Positions 39,648 through 48,973 of a stretch of DNA of 64,000 bases are shown one piece after another. The DNA is from a virus. The notes below the pieces were generated by a model, which was not told the origin of the DNA, did no database searches, and worked only from the letters and a program-made list of their open reading frames with translations. The stretch covers positions 18,013 to 82,012 of the IMG/VR virus record IMGVR_UViG_3300029286_000024; one strand, written 5' to 3'. The stretch's first letter is position 1. Each line of letters starts with the position of its first letter. A program made the translations under genes and the position numbers.

Positions 39648-39860
39648 TCAATCCTCTTCAAACTCTGTTTCTGCTTCGGTTCCGCAAGTAGCACAAGTCC
39701 AAATGTTCCCCATGGTTGGCTTATGAGTTACTTCCAAACATTCCCCACCCTTCGTAATCCTAATAAATTCGCCGTGTTCATCAACAACCCATTCTTGCAT
39801 GATATGGGCAACAGTAATGAACCTCTTATGCTTCCTGTTTTTGGGACAAATTGCTTTCAT
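39648..39860 (-). CDS. Small zinc-ribbon protein
   Basis: CPKNRKH…WTCATCG. Confidence 0.65.
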   Translation of the reverse strand: MKAICPKNRKHKRFITVAHIMQEWVVDEHGEFIRITKGGECLEVTHKPTMGNIWTCATCGTEAETEFEED

Positions 39861-40096
39861 TATTTCTCCTATTCTGGTATAACAACAGCCGTATCAATTA
39901 TGTCCCCACAAGCAGGACAAGCAATCTTGAAATCCCCTACCTGATCAAGATAGGTTACATCAATCCCCATGTGGTATCCGCAATTGCATTCTACCACTTC
40001 CAACTGAACTTGACTGTTTTCTAAACTTTGAAGTCTTTTCATTCTTCTCCTATTGTTTACGCATACTATACATCATTCAGTGGGTAAAGTCAAGTA

Positions 40097-40528
40097 TTAT
40101 TTATCCTTTTCTTCTCGACAACGAATTACTGTAGCTTGCTTTTCCCGAACATTCTGCATCTCATTGGTATCGCCTGCTTGATATGCCTTCTGATATTCTG
40201 CGGCGAGTTCCTTATCTTCTGCTAGTCTTTCTGATTTCTTGGTGCAACCCTCTTCCCATGAAATCAATATTCCGCCAATAAATACAATAGCCCAACCAAC
40301 AGTAAACTTTGTCAACCAAGGACTAGGTACACCCATTTCATTCCCGTATTGAATTATCATTACCATAATCGCAAAAATAAATACAATAAGGAATCCTCCA
40401 TCCTGAAAATGTTCCCAAATCATACCTCCCGCAAATCCCCAAGCCAAAGTGCGAATAGAAGTACTCCCGAAAATAATACCTAGGATGACAACTGCCCAAA
40501 TGATTAGAAGTGGCAATAGTTCAGTCAT
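40097..40528 (-). CDS. Membrane protein (about 4 TM)
   Basis: Hydrophobic N-terminal 90 aa. Confidence 0.7.
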   Translation of the reverse strand: MTELLPLLIIWAVVILGIIFGSTSIRTLAWGFAGGMIWEHFQDGGFLIVFIFAIMVMIIQYGNEMGVPSPWLTKFTVGWAIVFIGGILISWEEGCTKKSERLAEDKELAAEYQKAYQAGDTNEMQNVREKQATVIRCREEKDK

Positions 40529-40529
40529 G

Positions 40530-40751
40530 TTATTTCTCTACAATTTCAAAGAGGTTTTTCTTCAATCCGAAAACGCAAGAGCCATTACCAAATTGAAAGT
40601 TGACATATTCCCCTTCGTCATTGAATATATCCCCTTCAACAATGTCCCCCTTATAGAAAGTTTCATCCGATCTTTCCACAATGACATCTCTAATCTCATC
40701 GAAGTTTGCAACAACTTCCATGGAACAGTCTTCTAGGAATTTGATTTTCAT
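40530..40751 (-). CDS. Leaderless acidic small protein
   Basis: Follows promoter at about 40781. Confidence 0.65.
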   Translation of the reverse strand: MKIKFLEDCSMEVVANFDEIRDVIVERSDETFYKGDIVEGDIFNDEGEYVNFQFGNGSCVFGLKKNLFEIVEK

Positions 40752-40782
40752 AACGTCATCCTATCACAAAGAATGAGAAATG

Positions 40783-41013
40783 TCAAGGAAGATATTTGAT
40801 CTGCCTGCGAACAATATCTTTTTCCCCCTTAAATTGAACATCGCAATCCAAGATTCCATCCCTTTTGCTATGAATCTTGATTACTTTGGCAATTCCCTCA
40901 TGCTTGTGTTGGGTTAGTACATCCTCAAAGACTTCAACGCAAGCTCCTACGATAGGTTTCCATGCAGGAATGTCGCCGGTCTTTTCAAATACATCAAGAA
41001 TATTTTTCTTCAT
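40783..41013 (-). CDS. Hypothetical protein
   Basis: Stop in -35. Confidence 0.65.
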   Translation of the reverse strand: MKKNILDVFEKTGDIPAWKPIVGACVEVFEDVLTQHKHEGIAKVIKIHSKRDGILDCDVQFKGEKDIVRRQIKYLP

Positions 41014-41233
41014 TTAGCCTTTCAATAGATATTCGAGTTTAGTCATGGAAATGCGCATACCCTCTTCCATATCAGAAACAACGTCCATGGGAATTTTTTA
41101 TGCCAGTATCTAAACTGCTCTGCACAATTCCATGATGAACCCTAGTAGCATCAAGAACTTCCTGAACGACCCGCTTGGTTTCCTGTTCTTTGGCGTATGC
41201 TTTTCGAGCCGCTTCTTTGCCACCCTTATCCAT
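41014..41233 (-). pseudogene. Frameshifted 72-aa gene (extra base in homopolymer)
   Basis: RBS+ATG at 41233; removing one T from 41094-41099 restores a frame ending TAA right before the next ATG. Confidence 0.6.
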
Positions 41234-41432
41234 AAAGCTCCTTATGTCTCTTTTTGGTGTTTTTCTTAAAAGTAACTGTCCATACGCCTGACATAAGACG
41301 AGAAGCCGTAAGATGTCGAATAGGTTTCCCTTGAATAACTTTGTTATATTCCACGTCAGACATATTTAGGGAATACGAATTTCTGTAATTCTTCCCGCCA
41401 TTAGTTAAAGTTACTTTGCTTCCCAGTTCCAT
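41226..41432 (-). CDS. Hypothetical protein
   Basis: AAGGAG RBS. Confidence 0.6.
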   Translation of the reverse strand: MELGSKVTLTNGGKNYRNSYSLNMSDVEYNKVIQGKPIRHLTASRLMSGVWTVTFKKNTKKRHKELYG

Positions 41433-41454
41433 ATTACTCCTTTATCCCAGAAAT

Positions 41455-41612
41455 GTCATCTCTCGTAGAATTCGCCCTTTTTACTCAGAGGGAACTTTGG
41501 TCAAGCCCGAACCCTACGAAAGTTGCTTCCCACCTACTTAGCCGACCCGGTTCAGCGGGAGTGGTTAGCCTCAACTACTTAGGACTGAACTCCCTTTCGT
41601 CTCTTATTGTTA
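41455..41612 (-). ncRNA. Candidate structured RNA / long leader in a cassette slot
   Basis: No ATG-initiated ORF; GC-richer; stems GGGAGT/ACTCCC and TCGTAGGGTTCG/CGAATTCTACGA. Confidence 0.45.
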
Positions 41613-41642
41613 CGCACATCATAACAGAAATGATGGTAAATG

Positions 41643-41933
41643 TCAAGTCTTTTTTTCTCTTTTCCATCCACCCAGCTCTTTAGCAATCTTTTCAAGAATC
41701 TTTTTCCATTCTGTTTCTGATTTCACATTCCTTATAAGAGGATCAAGAACAACATCGGCATCAACCCCCTTATGCCCTTGTTTTGTATTCTGAGAAAGAA
41801 AGCAAGCCATTTGATAACTGACGCAAGTTAAATAGTCGGCTCGATCCGTCTTACTATTCGGCCATGCATCACCATCATCAATATGTTCCTGCGCATAATG
41901 ACATGCCTTTGCCATCATTGTAACCAATTTCAT
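41643..41933 (-). CDS. Hypothetical protein
   Basis: AGGAGG RBS; stop in -35. Confidence 0.7.
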   Translation of the reverse strand: MKLVTMMAKACHYAQEHIDDGDAWPNSKTDRADYLTCVSYQMACFLSQNTKQGHKGVDADVVLDPLIRNVKSETEWKKILEKIAKELGGWKREKKT

Positions 41934-41941
41934 GTTTCCTC

Positions 41942-42406
41942 CTAGTCCATTACATCTTCATCTCGATAAGAACATTGATTGCATTTGTAAGTAATGAGAG
42001 CGCATTCAGGCCCCATCATTTTGCTCTTACGGGTAATGGAATCTAGAGCTTGACATTGCGGACAAAAACGATTAGCTAAATAATTATCATGGTAATTTTT
42101 ATCACTGATTTTACCAATAACACAATTGGCTTGGTAAATCAACTTACCCTTAACATCCATTGCCGCCAAAGTAAATCCAACGAAAGGACTTATTCCTTTA
42201 GGTTCAAATTTGTCTCGAAGAGGCTTTTCAAACTTGAAGTAAGCAACGGTAGCAACACCTAACTGCTTATGATCGTAAGTCTTGACATCAACAGAATGAG
42301 AATCCCCTACAAGAATACAACCCCGATTTTTCCAGTCCTTATTGGGAGCATCACGAATTGCTTTCTTAGCCAACTTCAACATGGTTTCTGCGTTAATCAA
42401 TAGCAT
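41942..42406 (-). CDS. Hypothetical protein with C-terminal zinc ribbon
   Basis: CPQC…CNQC. Confidence 0.7.
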   Translation of the reverse strand: MLLINAETMLKLAKKAIRDAPNKDWKNRGCILVGDSHSVDVKTYDHKQLGVATVAYFKFEKPLRDKFEPKGISPFVGFTLAAMDVKGKLIYQANCVIGKISDKNYHDNYLANRFCPQCQALDSITRKSKMMGPECALITYKCNQCSYRDEDVMD

Positions 42407-42460
42407 GTTTTTCTCCTTATTGTTGCGCAGATTACCACAAGTATCAGGGAATGTCAAGGA

Positions 42461-42685
42461 TTATCTTACAGGCTCTAATACGTTGAAAAATTCAGAACCA
42501 CCACTTGTCCAGAAATAGATACTAAGTCCATGAGCGGTAAAATGATTGTAGTCATCCCTTTGCCCATTAAACGTAAAAATGGTATCTTTAGGAAATGTCA
42601 CGCCACATTCATCATCATGGCCTGCTACCGTAGCCTCTTCCGTAAGTATGTAATGACTACCCACAATTAAATCTGCTTCTTTCAT
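42461..42685 (-). CDS. Hypothetical protein
   Basis: AAGGAG RBS. Confidence 0.65.
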   Translation of the reverse strand: MKEADLIVGSHYILTEEATVAGHDDECGVTFPKDTIFTFNGQRDDYNHFTAHGLSIYFWTSGGSEFFNVLEPVR

Positions 42686-42733
42686 TTTTTCTCCTTATTG
42701 TTATGCGCATCATATCATTACGTAGAGGAAATG

Positions 42734-43135
42734 TCAAGCTAAATCCCATAGCTCTTTGTAATCTCGCAAAACCAATTTCCGACAATCAGGTGGAAGAGAA
42801 GAGAAAGAAATTCTTGTTCCTAAATGATTTTTTCTTCCGATAGCAGGAGGCCAACAATACTTCCCATTCTTGCCTATCGTATCTATAATCCTGTTGTGCT
42901 CCCCATGTAATCCTATGCCCTGTGGATGAAAAGGCGAACCTGACATGGCAAGATAGGGGTGATAGGTAAACTGACTAGCTTGGTGACAGTTATTAAAATT
43001 CCCCGAAAAAACAACAGTATATCTGTCAGAACTTCCATTAACAGCATCTATCCCCCCGTTATCATAGCATCTCACGTATTTCGGAATGCCCAATGGAAGC
43101 AAACTTTTTTGTCTAGCTTTTTGTCGCTTGGTCAT
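42734..43135 (-). CDS. Hypothetical phage protein
   Basis: RCYDNGG…DRYTVV…HPQGIG motif; stop in -35. Confidence 0.7.
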   Translation of the reverse strand: MTKRQKARQKSLLPLGIPKYVRCYDNGGIDAVNGSSDRYTVVFSGNFNNCHQASQFTYHPYLAMSGSPFHPQGIGLHGEHNRIIDTIGKNGKYCWPPAIGRKNHLGTRISFSSLPPDCRKLVLRDYKELWDLA

Positions 43136-43359
43136 TTACCCTCAATGATTTGTGCCGAATAACCGTTAGCTTCAAATAGTTTCCCCGTAATATGCTCCCT
43201 AACTTCTTTGGCAGGCATATCTGGCTCATTCTCCAGAATTACAGCGTACCAATGAATTTCCGCTATCTCTTTCCCTTTCTTGGTATTCGGGAAAGAAGTA
43301 GTACCCAGAACCTTACCGTCTGCCATCTCAACTACATTGACTGTCTTAACTGATTTCAT
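43132..43359 (-). CDS. Hypothetical protein
   Basis: AAGGAG RBS. Confidence 0.65.
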   Translation of the reverse strand: MKSVKTVNVVEMADGKVLGTTSFPNTKKGKEIAEIHWYAVILENEPDMPAKEVREHITGKLFEANGYSAQIIEGK

Positions 43360-43410
43360 GTTTTTTCTCCTTGTTAATATTGTTGACCCTATCACAATCC
43401 AAAAGAAATG

Positions 43411-43605
43411 TCAAGAGTTCGTTGCAATTTTGAATCTCTTGGGAACATGTAACCCGCAACGAAAAGCACCATCAACGAAATAAGTAGCAGGCCTGTCGCA
43501 AGAGTAAAGATTAGAACAACCGTCATAGGGCACCTTTTTTTCGCACTGGTTATTTTCCCATTCTTTACGTGTAACCCTACGAAGACCTTTTTTAATCTTA
43601 ATCAT
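43411..43605 (-). CDS. Small Cys/His protein
   Basis: C…C…CGLH; stop in -35. Confidence 0.6.
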   Translation of the reverse strand: MIKIKKGLRRVTRKEWENNQCEKKVPYDGCSNLYSCDRPATYFVDGAFRCGLHVPKRFKIATNS

Positions 43606-43853
43606 GTTCCTTCCTCAATTCTTTCGGCTCCACCCCAAATATATTTTCTTTCTGCCGCTATCTCTTTCCCCGTTTTAATACACATAGACCTTATTTTTTT
43701 CAACAATAGCGCAAGAGGATCATTCAGCATTAAGGTTTGATAAGAGTCGTTAGGATGATTCCCTGAAAAATAAAGAACACAACCATTGTCAAGCATAATC
43801 GTATACCCATAACGATTATATTCCCCTATGACATTACGCTTTTTCATTTTCAT
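43602..43853 (-). CDS. Leaderless hypothetical protein
   Basis: Follows promoter. Confidence 0.65.
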   Translation of the reverse strand: MKMKKRNVIGEYNRYGYTIMLDNGCVLYFSGNHPNDSYQTLMLNDPLALLLKKIRSMCIKTGKEIAAERKYIWGGAERIEEGT

Positions 43854-43884
43854 ATACGCATCATATCATTACGTGGAGGAAATG

Positions 43885-44127
43885 TCAAGGCTTTAATTTA
43901 GGAAACTCAGGCAATTCAAATTTCGCAAAATGAGCCTCTTCTAATTCTTTCTCGTACATAAATTGACCATCAGCAGCATGAATAAGACCATTAGCGCACT
44001 TGTAAACCCTAACAATCATCCATTCAGGCTTGTTCTTAGTAATACTGGTCATCTTCCCATAACGATAACCATAGAACCAATAGTTACCTACTTTGTTCGG
44101 GAATTTAGTTGTCCATTTCACTTTCAT
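43885..44127 (-). CDS. Leaderless hypothetical protein
   Basis: Stop in -35. Confidence 0.65.
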   Translation of the reverse strand: MKVKWTTKFPNKVGNYWFYGYRYGKMTSITKNKPEWMIVRVYKCANGLIHAADGQFMYEKELEEAHFAKFELPEFPKLKP

Positions 44128-44219
44128 ATACGCATCCTATCATTATGTATGAGAAATGTCAAGAATAAAAAAGATATTTGTTTGAAGGAAATTCTCAAGA
44201 AATATAGAAATAACTATAT

Positions 44220-44381
44220 ATGAAAACACATCAAAAAAATAAACGAGACGGGTTCTATATGGCGATTATTCCAGAAGAACGAAAGATGATTGATAGGCTA
44301 CAGGAGCAGGCAATTAATGTTTCCCAAGCATTCAAGCTGTTCCTTAAACAAATGCTTGAAAGGATTGAAAAGCATGAATAA
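44220..44381 (+). CDS. 53-aa ribbon-helix-helix-like protein upstream of GIY-YIG
   Basis: MKTHQKNKRDGFYMAIIPEERKMIDRLQEQAINVSQAFKLFLKQML; similar to 53347 and 54894 ORFs. Confidence 0.6.
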   Translation: MKTHQKNKRDGFYMAIIPEERKMIDRLQEQAINVSQAFKLFLKQMLERIEKHE

Positions 44382-45204
44382 ATGTGGAATTTACTGTATA
44401 AGAAATTTGACCAATGATAAGAGGTATATCGGTAGTACAAGTAATATGGAAAGGCGATGGAGTCAACATAGAAGACTCCTTAAAAGAAATTTACATGAAA
44501 ATCCTATTCTCCAATTTTCTTACAATAAACACGGAGAAAATAATTTTATTTATGAACTCCTAGAATTATGTAGCGAATCAAATCTCATAGAAATCGAAGA
44601 TAAATATATTAGACTTTTTGACACCATGAATAGAAATCATGGCTACAATTTTGATCTTCCTAGCCGACCTAACCAAAGCCCAGAAGCAAACGAGAAAAGA
44701 AGGCTTGCTATGACTGGAAGAAAAATGAGCGAAAAACAAAGAATTCAAATGAGTATAGACAGAACAGGGAAAAAACATACTCCTGAACATAAAGCCGCAA
44801 CAAAACTAGCTATACAAAACAGAACCCAAGAAGAGAAAGAGGCAATCTATAAAAAAATATCAGAAGCCAATAAGGGTAAAATAATGAGCCAAGAAGCTAG
44901 ACGGAAAATAGGGTTAGCTCATTTGGGAACAAAATATTCAGAAGAGAGCAAAACAAAAATGTCTGAAGCTCATAAGGGGAGTAAGAATCCCAACTATGGT
45001 AGAACAGGAGAACATCATTGGCATTATGGGAAACATTTTTCTAGTGAAACAAAAGAAAAAATGCGTTTGGCACATAGCGGTAGTAACAATCACAACTATG
45101 GCAAACCCATGTCCGAAGAGCAAAAACAAAAAATAAGCGAAACGAAGAAGAGACAATATCAAGAGAAATTACTTCTAAAATTTAATGTCAATGTCGAAGT
45201 ATAA
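44374..45204 (+). CDS. GIY-YIG homing endonuclease with NUMOD3 repeats
   Basis: CGIYCIRN…YIGS…RW..H, GYN, repeated S.E.K.KMS.AH.G. Confidence 0.9.
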   Translation: MNKCGIYCIRNLTNDKRYIGSTSNMERRWSQHRRLLKRNLHENPILQFSYNKHGENNFIYELLELCSESNLIEIEDKYIRLFDTMNRNHGYNFDLPSRPNQSPEANEKRRLAMTGRKMSEKQRIQMSIDRTGKKHTPEHKAATKLAIQNRTQEEKEAIYKKISEANKGKIMSQEARRKIGLAHLGTKYSEESKTKMSEAHKGSKNPNYGRTGEHHWHYGKHFSSETKEKMRLAHSGSNNHNYGKPMSEEQKQKISETKKRQYQEKLLLKFNVNVEV

Positions 45205-45910
45205 CCATTTTGCTTCCCCTTACTTGACAACGATTACATACCCTACAGTCCCCTTTGCAAACCCCGTATCCTTTTGGCCTATCCTTCTTATCCTCAATCA
45301 TCAGGAAAATGTTAGGAATACCCTCTTTCTGAAAACCCGAACCAGAAACAATTAAGTGGCGAACATTTTTGAAATTCAAATCTTTCCTAGCAGAATAACA
45401 GTAGGTTTTTACATTGAAACGATTTAACAACCGTGCAACTTTTTCAACCTTATCTAAGTCGTTCTGATTATGAAAATCTCCGCTTTCATTGAACCGCAAA
45501 GAAGTCCATGGATTGTTTCTTGTTGAATTTATCAAAAGAAATTGCGTAACAAATTCTTCTGCCGTTATGGTTTCCCAATACTTTTTTTGAGCATCCCGAT
45601 AAGGTTGAACAAAAGGACGAGAAGAATTTTCAGAACGTTTCGCATAACAAACGTGCGTCCCCGCTTTCTTCCCCTTTTTCAAAATAGCCTGACAAAATCC
45701 CAACTTAAATGAAGGACAGGAATGAGCACTAGAAAGGTTATAGATAGCTGTTGAAGTAGGAAGTTTATAGTTGCCAGAACCCAGTAAAGAATAGAGCTTG
45801 CAAAAATCTCTAATCTTTCCCCCTTCGATCATTACATTGGCAAAACGTTTAAGGGGAACGTTAGCCGCTATTCTAGACAAAGGGATTTTTTCTACTTGAA
45901 TTTCCTGCAT
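45188..45910 (-). CDS. Gp88-like (radical-SAM-like Fe-S) phage protein
   Basis: CP…C…CYA, RFNESGDF, CKGDCRVCNRC. Confidence 0.65.
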   Translation of the reverse strand: MQEIQVEKIPLSRIAANVPLKRFANVMIEGGKIRDFCKLYSLLGSGNYKLPTSTAIYNLSSAHSCPSFKLGFCQAILKKGKKAGTHVCYAKRSENSSRPFVQPYRDAQKKYWETITAEEFVTQFLLINSTRNNPWTSLRFNESGDFHNQNDLDKVEKVARLLNRFNVKTYCYSARKDLNFKNVRHLIVSGSGFQKEGIPNIFLMIEDKKDRPKGYGVCKGDCRVCNRCQVRGSKMVILRH

Positions 45911-46153
45911 TTATATCTCCGTTGTTGTGCGTAAGGTATCAGAAGGTTTAGGAAATGTCAAGGTTATTTTACTTGAGGAAGCCCGAAAAGAAATCCCGGC
46001 CCGTTTCCCTCTTCATCACGGGAAACTTCTAACTTAGTCCCATCATCAAGAATAATCTGCGGAAAGCCATCTTCACTTACAGCAACCTTTGTAATCTTCC
46101 TACCGACTAATGGCTTGAGATACTTTTTCAACCAATCATTCATAACTACTCCT

Positions 46154-46378
46154 TTATTTTAGCGGAATGTTTATTTCTCTTAGACGCTTGTTTTTGCGAT
46201 CAAGATATTTCCTGTACCTAATGACACCCATGTACTTAATGACCGCTTCAGGAGTAGCAAAACGGTAAGCATCATCTCGACAATCCCCGAAATAATTAGG
46301 AGGATGATAACAGCCACAACAACCACATTCTTCAATATCATCAGGCGTTAAGGATTTCTTTTTGGATTTCTTTTTCAT
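46154..46378 (-). CDS. Small Cys-rich protein
   Basis: ECGCCGCYH…GDCRDD. Confidence 0.65.
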   Translation of the reverse strand: MKKKSKKKSLTPDDIEECGCCGCYHPPNYFGDCRDDAYRFATPEAVIKYMGVIRYRKYLDRKNKRLREINIPLK

Positions 46379-46570
46379 GTTGATAAGAGCCTATCATAAA
46401 GGGGAAGAAATGTCAAGGTCTATATAGAACCTACCTTGTTGCGTATGTTTTGTGAAACAACAAGGTAAAGGAAAAGATCCTTCCTCAAAGAATTAGGGTC
46501 TAGCCGCTTAGCCTTTCCTAACATCCCTATTGTAATGGAATTGAAAAAAAAATCAAGGATTATTGTATTT

Positions 46571-46640
46571 GCGCAGAGGGTAGACCTTGCTAACGTTCCT
46601 TGGGTGAGAACATAAGCAATTACCCAACTACCCCCTGCGC
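46571..46640 (-). ncRNA. Candidate pseudoknotted RNA element
   Basis: 13-bp closing stem, internal 12-bp hairpin, loop ACCCAA complementary to TTGGGT. Confidence 0.45.
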
Positions 46641-46650
46641 CTTTTTACAA

Positions 46651-46863
46651 TCAATAATCGTAAGCAGGAGCATAATCAAACTGCTCTGCCCGTTCCCGAC
46701 GCTTCTCCCGCCGTTCCTTCTCCATCAATTCGGCCTTACGGAGACTAGCCCAATAAGACTTCCGCTTGTTCCGAAGTCCCTTGCCTTTCAACCCCGCCAT
46801 CCTGACTGTACCCTCACCACCCATGTAAACCGTTCTCGTTTTACCACCCATATTGTTACCCAA
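46651..46863 (-). CDS. Small basic protein
   Basis: Arg/Lys-rich; start probably 46851. Confidence 0.55.
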   Translation of the reverse strand: MGNNMGGKTRTVYMGGEGTVRMAGLKGKGLRNKRKSYWASLRKAELMEKERREKRRERAEQFDYAPAYDY

Positions 46864-46891
46864 CCTTTCTTAATGTTTCTTGTATCTTACC

Positions 46892-47161
46892 CTAAACGTT
46901 CCCTAATGTCAACAAAAATCGTTCTTCTAAAAGTTTTTTCTGAGCATCATTCAAATCAGGCTCTATCTCTTTCTCATACCATTCTTTCAACTGATCGTCT
47001 ATCCATTCCCTTTCTTCAACGGATAGAGTCATTAAGGTATTCTTAACCAGTAGAAACTTAGCTGACCATAACGCAAACAAATGGGCTTCACGCAGTTCTT
47101 GCCCCTTGTTCTTTAGCGTCAGAATCAAATCTTTAAGGTCTGCTAATGTTTTTTCTTTCAT
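46892..47161 (-). CDS. Hypothetical protein
   Basis: TAATG coupling. Confidence 0.65.
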   Translation of the reverse strand: MKEKTLADLKDLILTLKNKGQELREAHLFALWSAKFLLVKNTLMTLSVEEREWIDDQLKEWYEKEIEPDLNDAQKKLLEERFLLTLGNV

Positions 47162-47391
47162 TATCCCTTGGAGAAAGCTTCTAGAACCACTTTCTCGCTA
47201 ACCTTTTTCCACTCCTGAATCTGTCCGCAATCTAAACAAATATCCATTTCTACATAATCTTCGTCCCCACCAAAAGGGAATGTAAATGGAACATACCCGC
47301 TGTAATCTAGGCTGTTATAGCTCATAGAAAACATGTCTGAACACTTGGCCTGTAAATGAAGAATCCTATCCGAACCACATTTGCATTTCAT
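47161..47391 (-). CDS. Small zinc-binding protein
   Basis: CKCGS…CLDCG. Confidence 0.7.
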   Translation of the reverse strand: MKCKCGSDRILHLQAKCSDMFSMSYNSLDYSGYVPFTFPFGGDEDYVEMDICLDCGQIQEWKKVSEKVVLEAFSKG

Positions 47392-47468
47392 TTCTTCTCC
47401 TATGTTTCCTATAGCTTAGCACATCCTTGAATAAATGTCAAGGGAAATGTTCATGACATTTTTCCTAG

Positions 47469-47702
47469 TCAATTTAATTTTGCAACTTCTTTTCCGCAAT
47501 GGGGACACCTCATCGTTTGAACCTTCCTCTTCTTTGCAATTTCTGCCGCTTTACTTAAATCGTATTGGGCATTACAATGTTTACAAGAAAGATAGAATGA
47601 TCCACTAACCTTTACTTCCTGTTTTGCGTACATCCAAACTCCCTTCTTCCTCCTGTTGAATAAGTTGAACAGCTTCCCGCCAATCAAACTTATCGTTTTC
47701 AT
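47469..47702 (-). CDS. Zinc-ribbon protein
   Basis: CKHC…CPHCG. Confidence 0.65.
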   Translation of the reverse strand: MKTISLIGGKLFNLFNRRKKGVWMYAKQEVKVSGSFYLSCKHCNAQYDLSKAAEIAKKRKVQTMRCPHCGKEVAKLN

Positions 47703-47789
47703 CTTCCTCTATGACCCTACGAGGCTGAGACTTCTTTCTACCATTTCCTTCATCTAGGAAATGCCGCTTTGAACTACTGGTATTACTCA

Positions 47790-48629
47790 CTACTTCTTTC
47801 CTTTCCCTTTCTTATGCCTACCCTTTGTAGGACAACATGTTTGACAACGATACTTCTTAACATACTCTTCAGGCGTAATCTTCTTCCTGCCTGCCGCTGC
47901 TATGATTGCCGAAGGAGATGATTTTACCTGCTTACCACATTTACAAACAAGCTCCTTGGGCAAGTGAGCATTATCAGGGTTTGACTTCCGCCCCTTAGTA
48001 GGATGACACTTCTGACATTGATACCCCTTAACGTATTTCTCCAAGGTAATTCCTAGTTTCTCGATCCTTTTGTTTAAGATAGAAGGCGAGACAGAAATCT
48101 TGGCTCCACATTTACAAACCAATTCTGTTGGAGCTTGAACTACGCCTGAGCCTCTTGGTCGGCCCTTAGTAGGATGACATTCTTGACATTGGTAAACCTT
48201 GAGAAAATCATCAATGGTGAACAGTATGCCTTTCTTCTCCGCAATCTTTTCTACCCGCTTAACCAAGGCTCCCGGAGGAATAGCTGATTTATTTCCGCAA
48301 GTAATACAAACCAATTCCCTAGGAACATTGGCATATTTATTTTTTCTCGCTCCTCTTGCCTTTTCCAGACGATTGTTGACCACTTCTTTCTCTTCAACCG
48401 AAAGATTTTCAATTTCTTTCCTCACCTCTTCGGAAAGATTATCCCAGAGCTTATGCCGCTTGAGAATATCTATGTCGATGTCTTGAACCCGTAGCAATCC
48501 CCTACAGCTAGACATTTCTCCGTTCTCATGCCAGTGTTTTCTTACCACCATCAACTTAGGATTTTTGTCCATCGCAATAAATTCAAACTTGGAATTCAAA
48601 GCGGGAAACAACTCTTCATCGGTAATCAT
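47790..48629 (-). CDS. Basic protein with three tandem zinc-binding repeats
   Basis: 3x ELVC..CG…Y.CQ.C.PTKGR. Confidence 0.75.
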   Translation of the reverse strand: MITDEELFPALNSKFEFIAMDKNPKLMVVRKHWHENGEMSSCRGLLRVQDIDIDILKRHKLWDNLSEEVRKEIENLSVEEKEVVNNRLEKARGARKNKYANVPRELVCITCGNKSAIPPGALVKRVEKIAEKKGILFTIDDFLKVYQCQECHPTKGRPRGSGVVQAPTELVCKCGAKISVSPSILNKRIEKLGITLEKYVKGYQCQKCHPTKGRKSNPDNAHLPKELVCKCGKQVKSSPSAIIAAAGRKKITPEEYVKKYRCQTCCPTKGRHKKGKGKK

Positions 48630-48686
48630 TGGATCTCCTATTGTTTGAAATCATCCTATCATAAATAAAAATATTTGTCAAGGTAT

Positions 48687-48905
48687 TTACGCATGTCCCT
48701 TGAAATATTTTCTGGCCCAATGATCTTCTGGAATCGCAACAGGCATCTTGTCTTTGTCTATCTTCTTAGCAAAAGCAGCAAATCTTTTCGCTAGCTTCTC
48801 ATCAGGAAATTCATAAACGTAAGGCTTACCACAAAAACCACCCGCTATATTCCCGAACTCTACCCTTGTCCCATTTCTCTCAACCCATCTTTTCATGGTA
48901 ATCAT
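48687..48905 (-). CDS. Hypothetical protein
   Basis: AAGGA RBS. Confidence 0.6.
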   Translation of the reverse strand: MITMKRWVERNGTRVEFGNIAGGFCGKPYVYEFPDEKLAKRFAAFAKKIDKDKMPVAIPEDHWARKYFKGHA

Positions 48906-48918
48906 GGTGATCCTTTAA

Positions 48919-48952
48919 CAAAAAGGGGGAGTTTATCAGTCCCTCCCCCTTT
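48919..48952 (-). terminator. Intrinsic terminator
   Basis: aaaaagggggag…ctcccccttt. Confidence 0.65.
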
Positions 48953-48973
48953 CTCTTTTCATCCCATGTTCGA

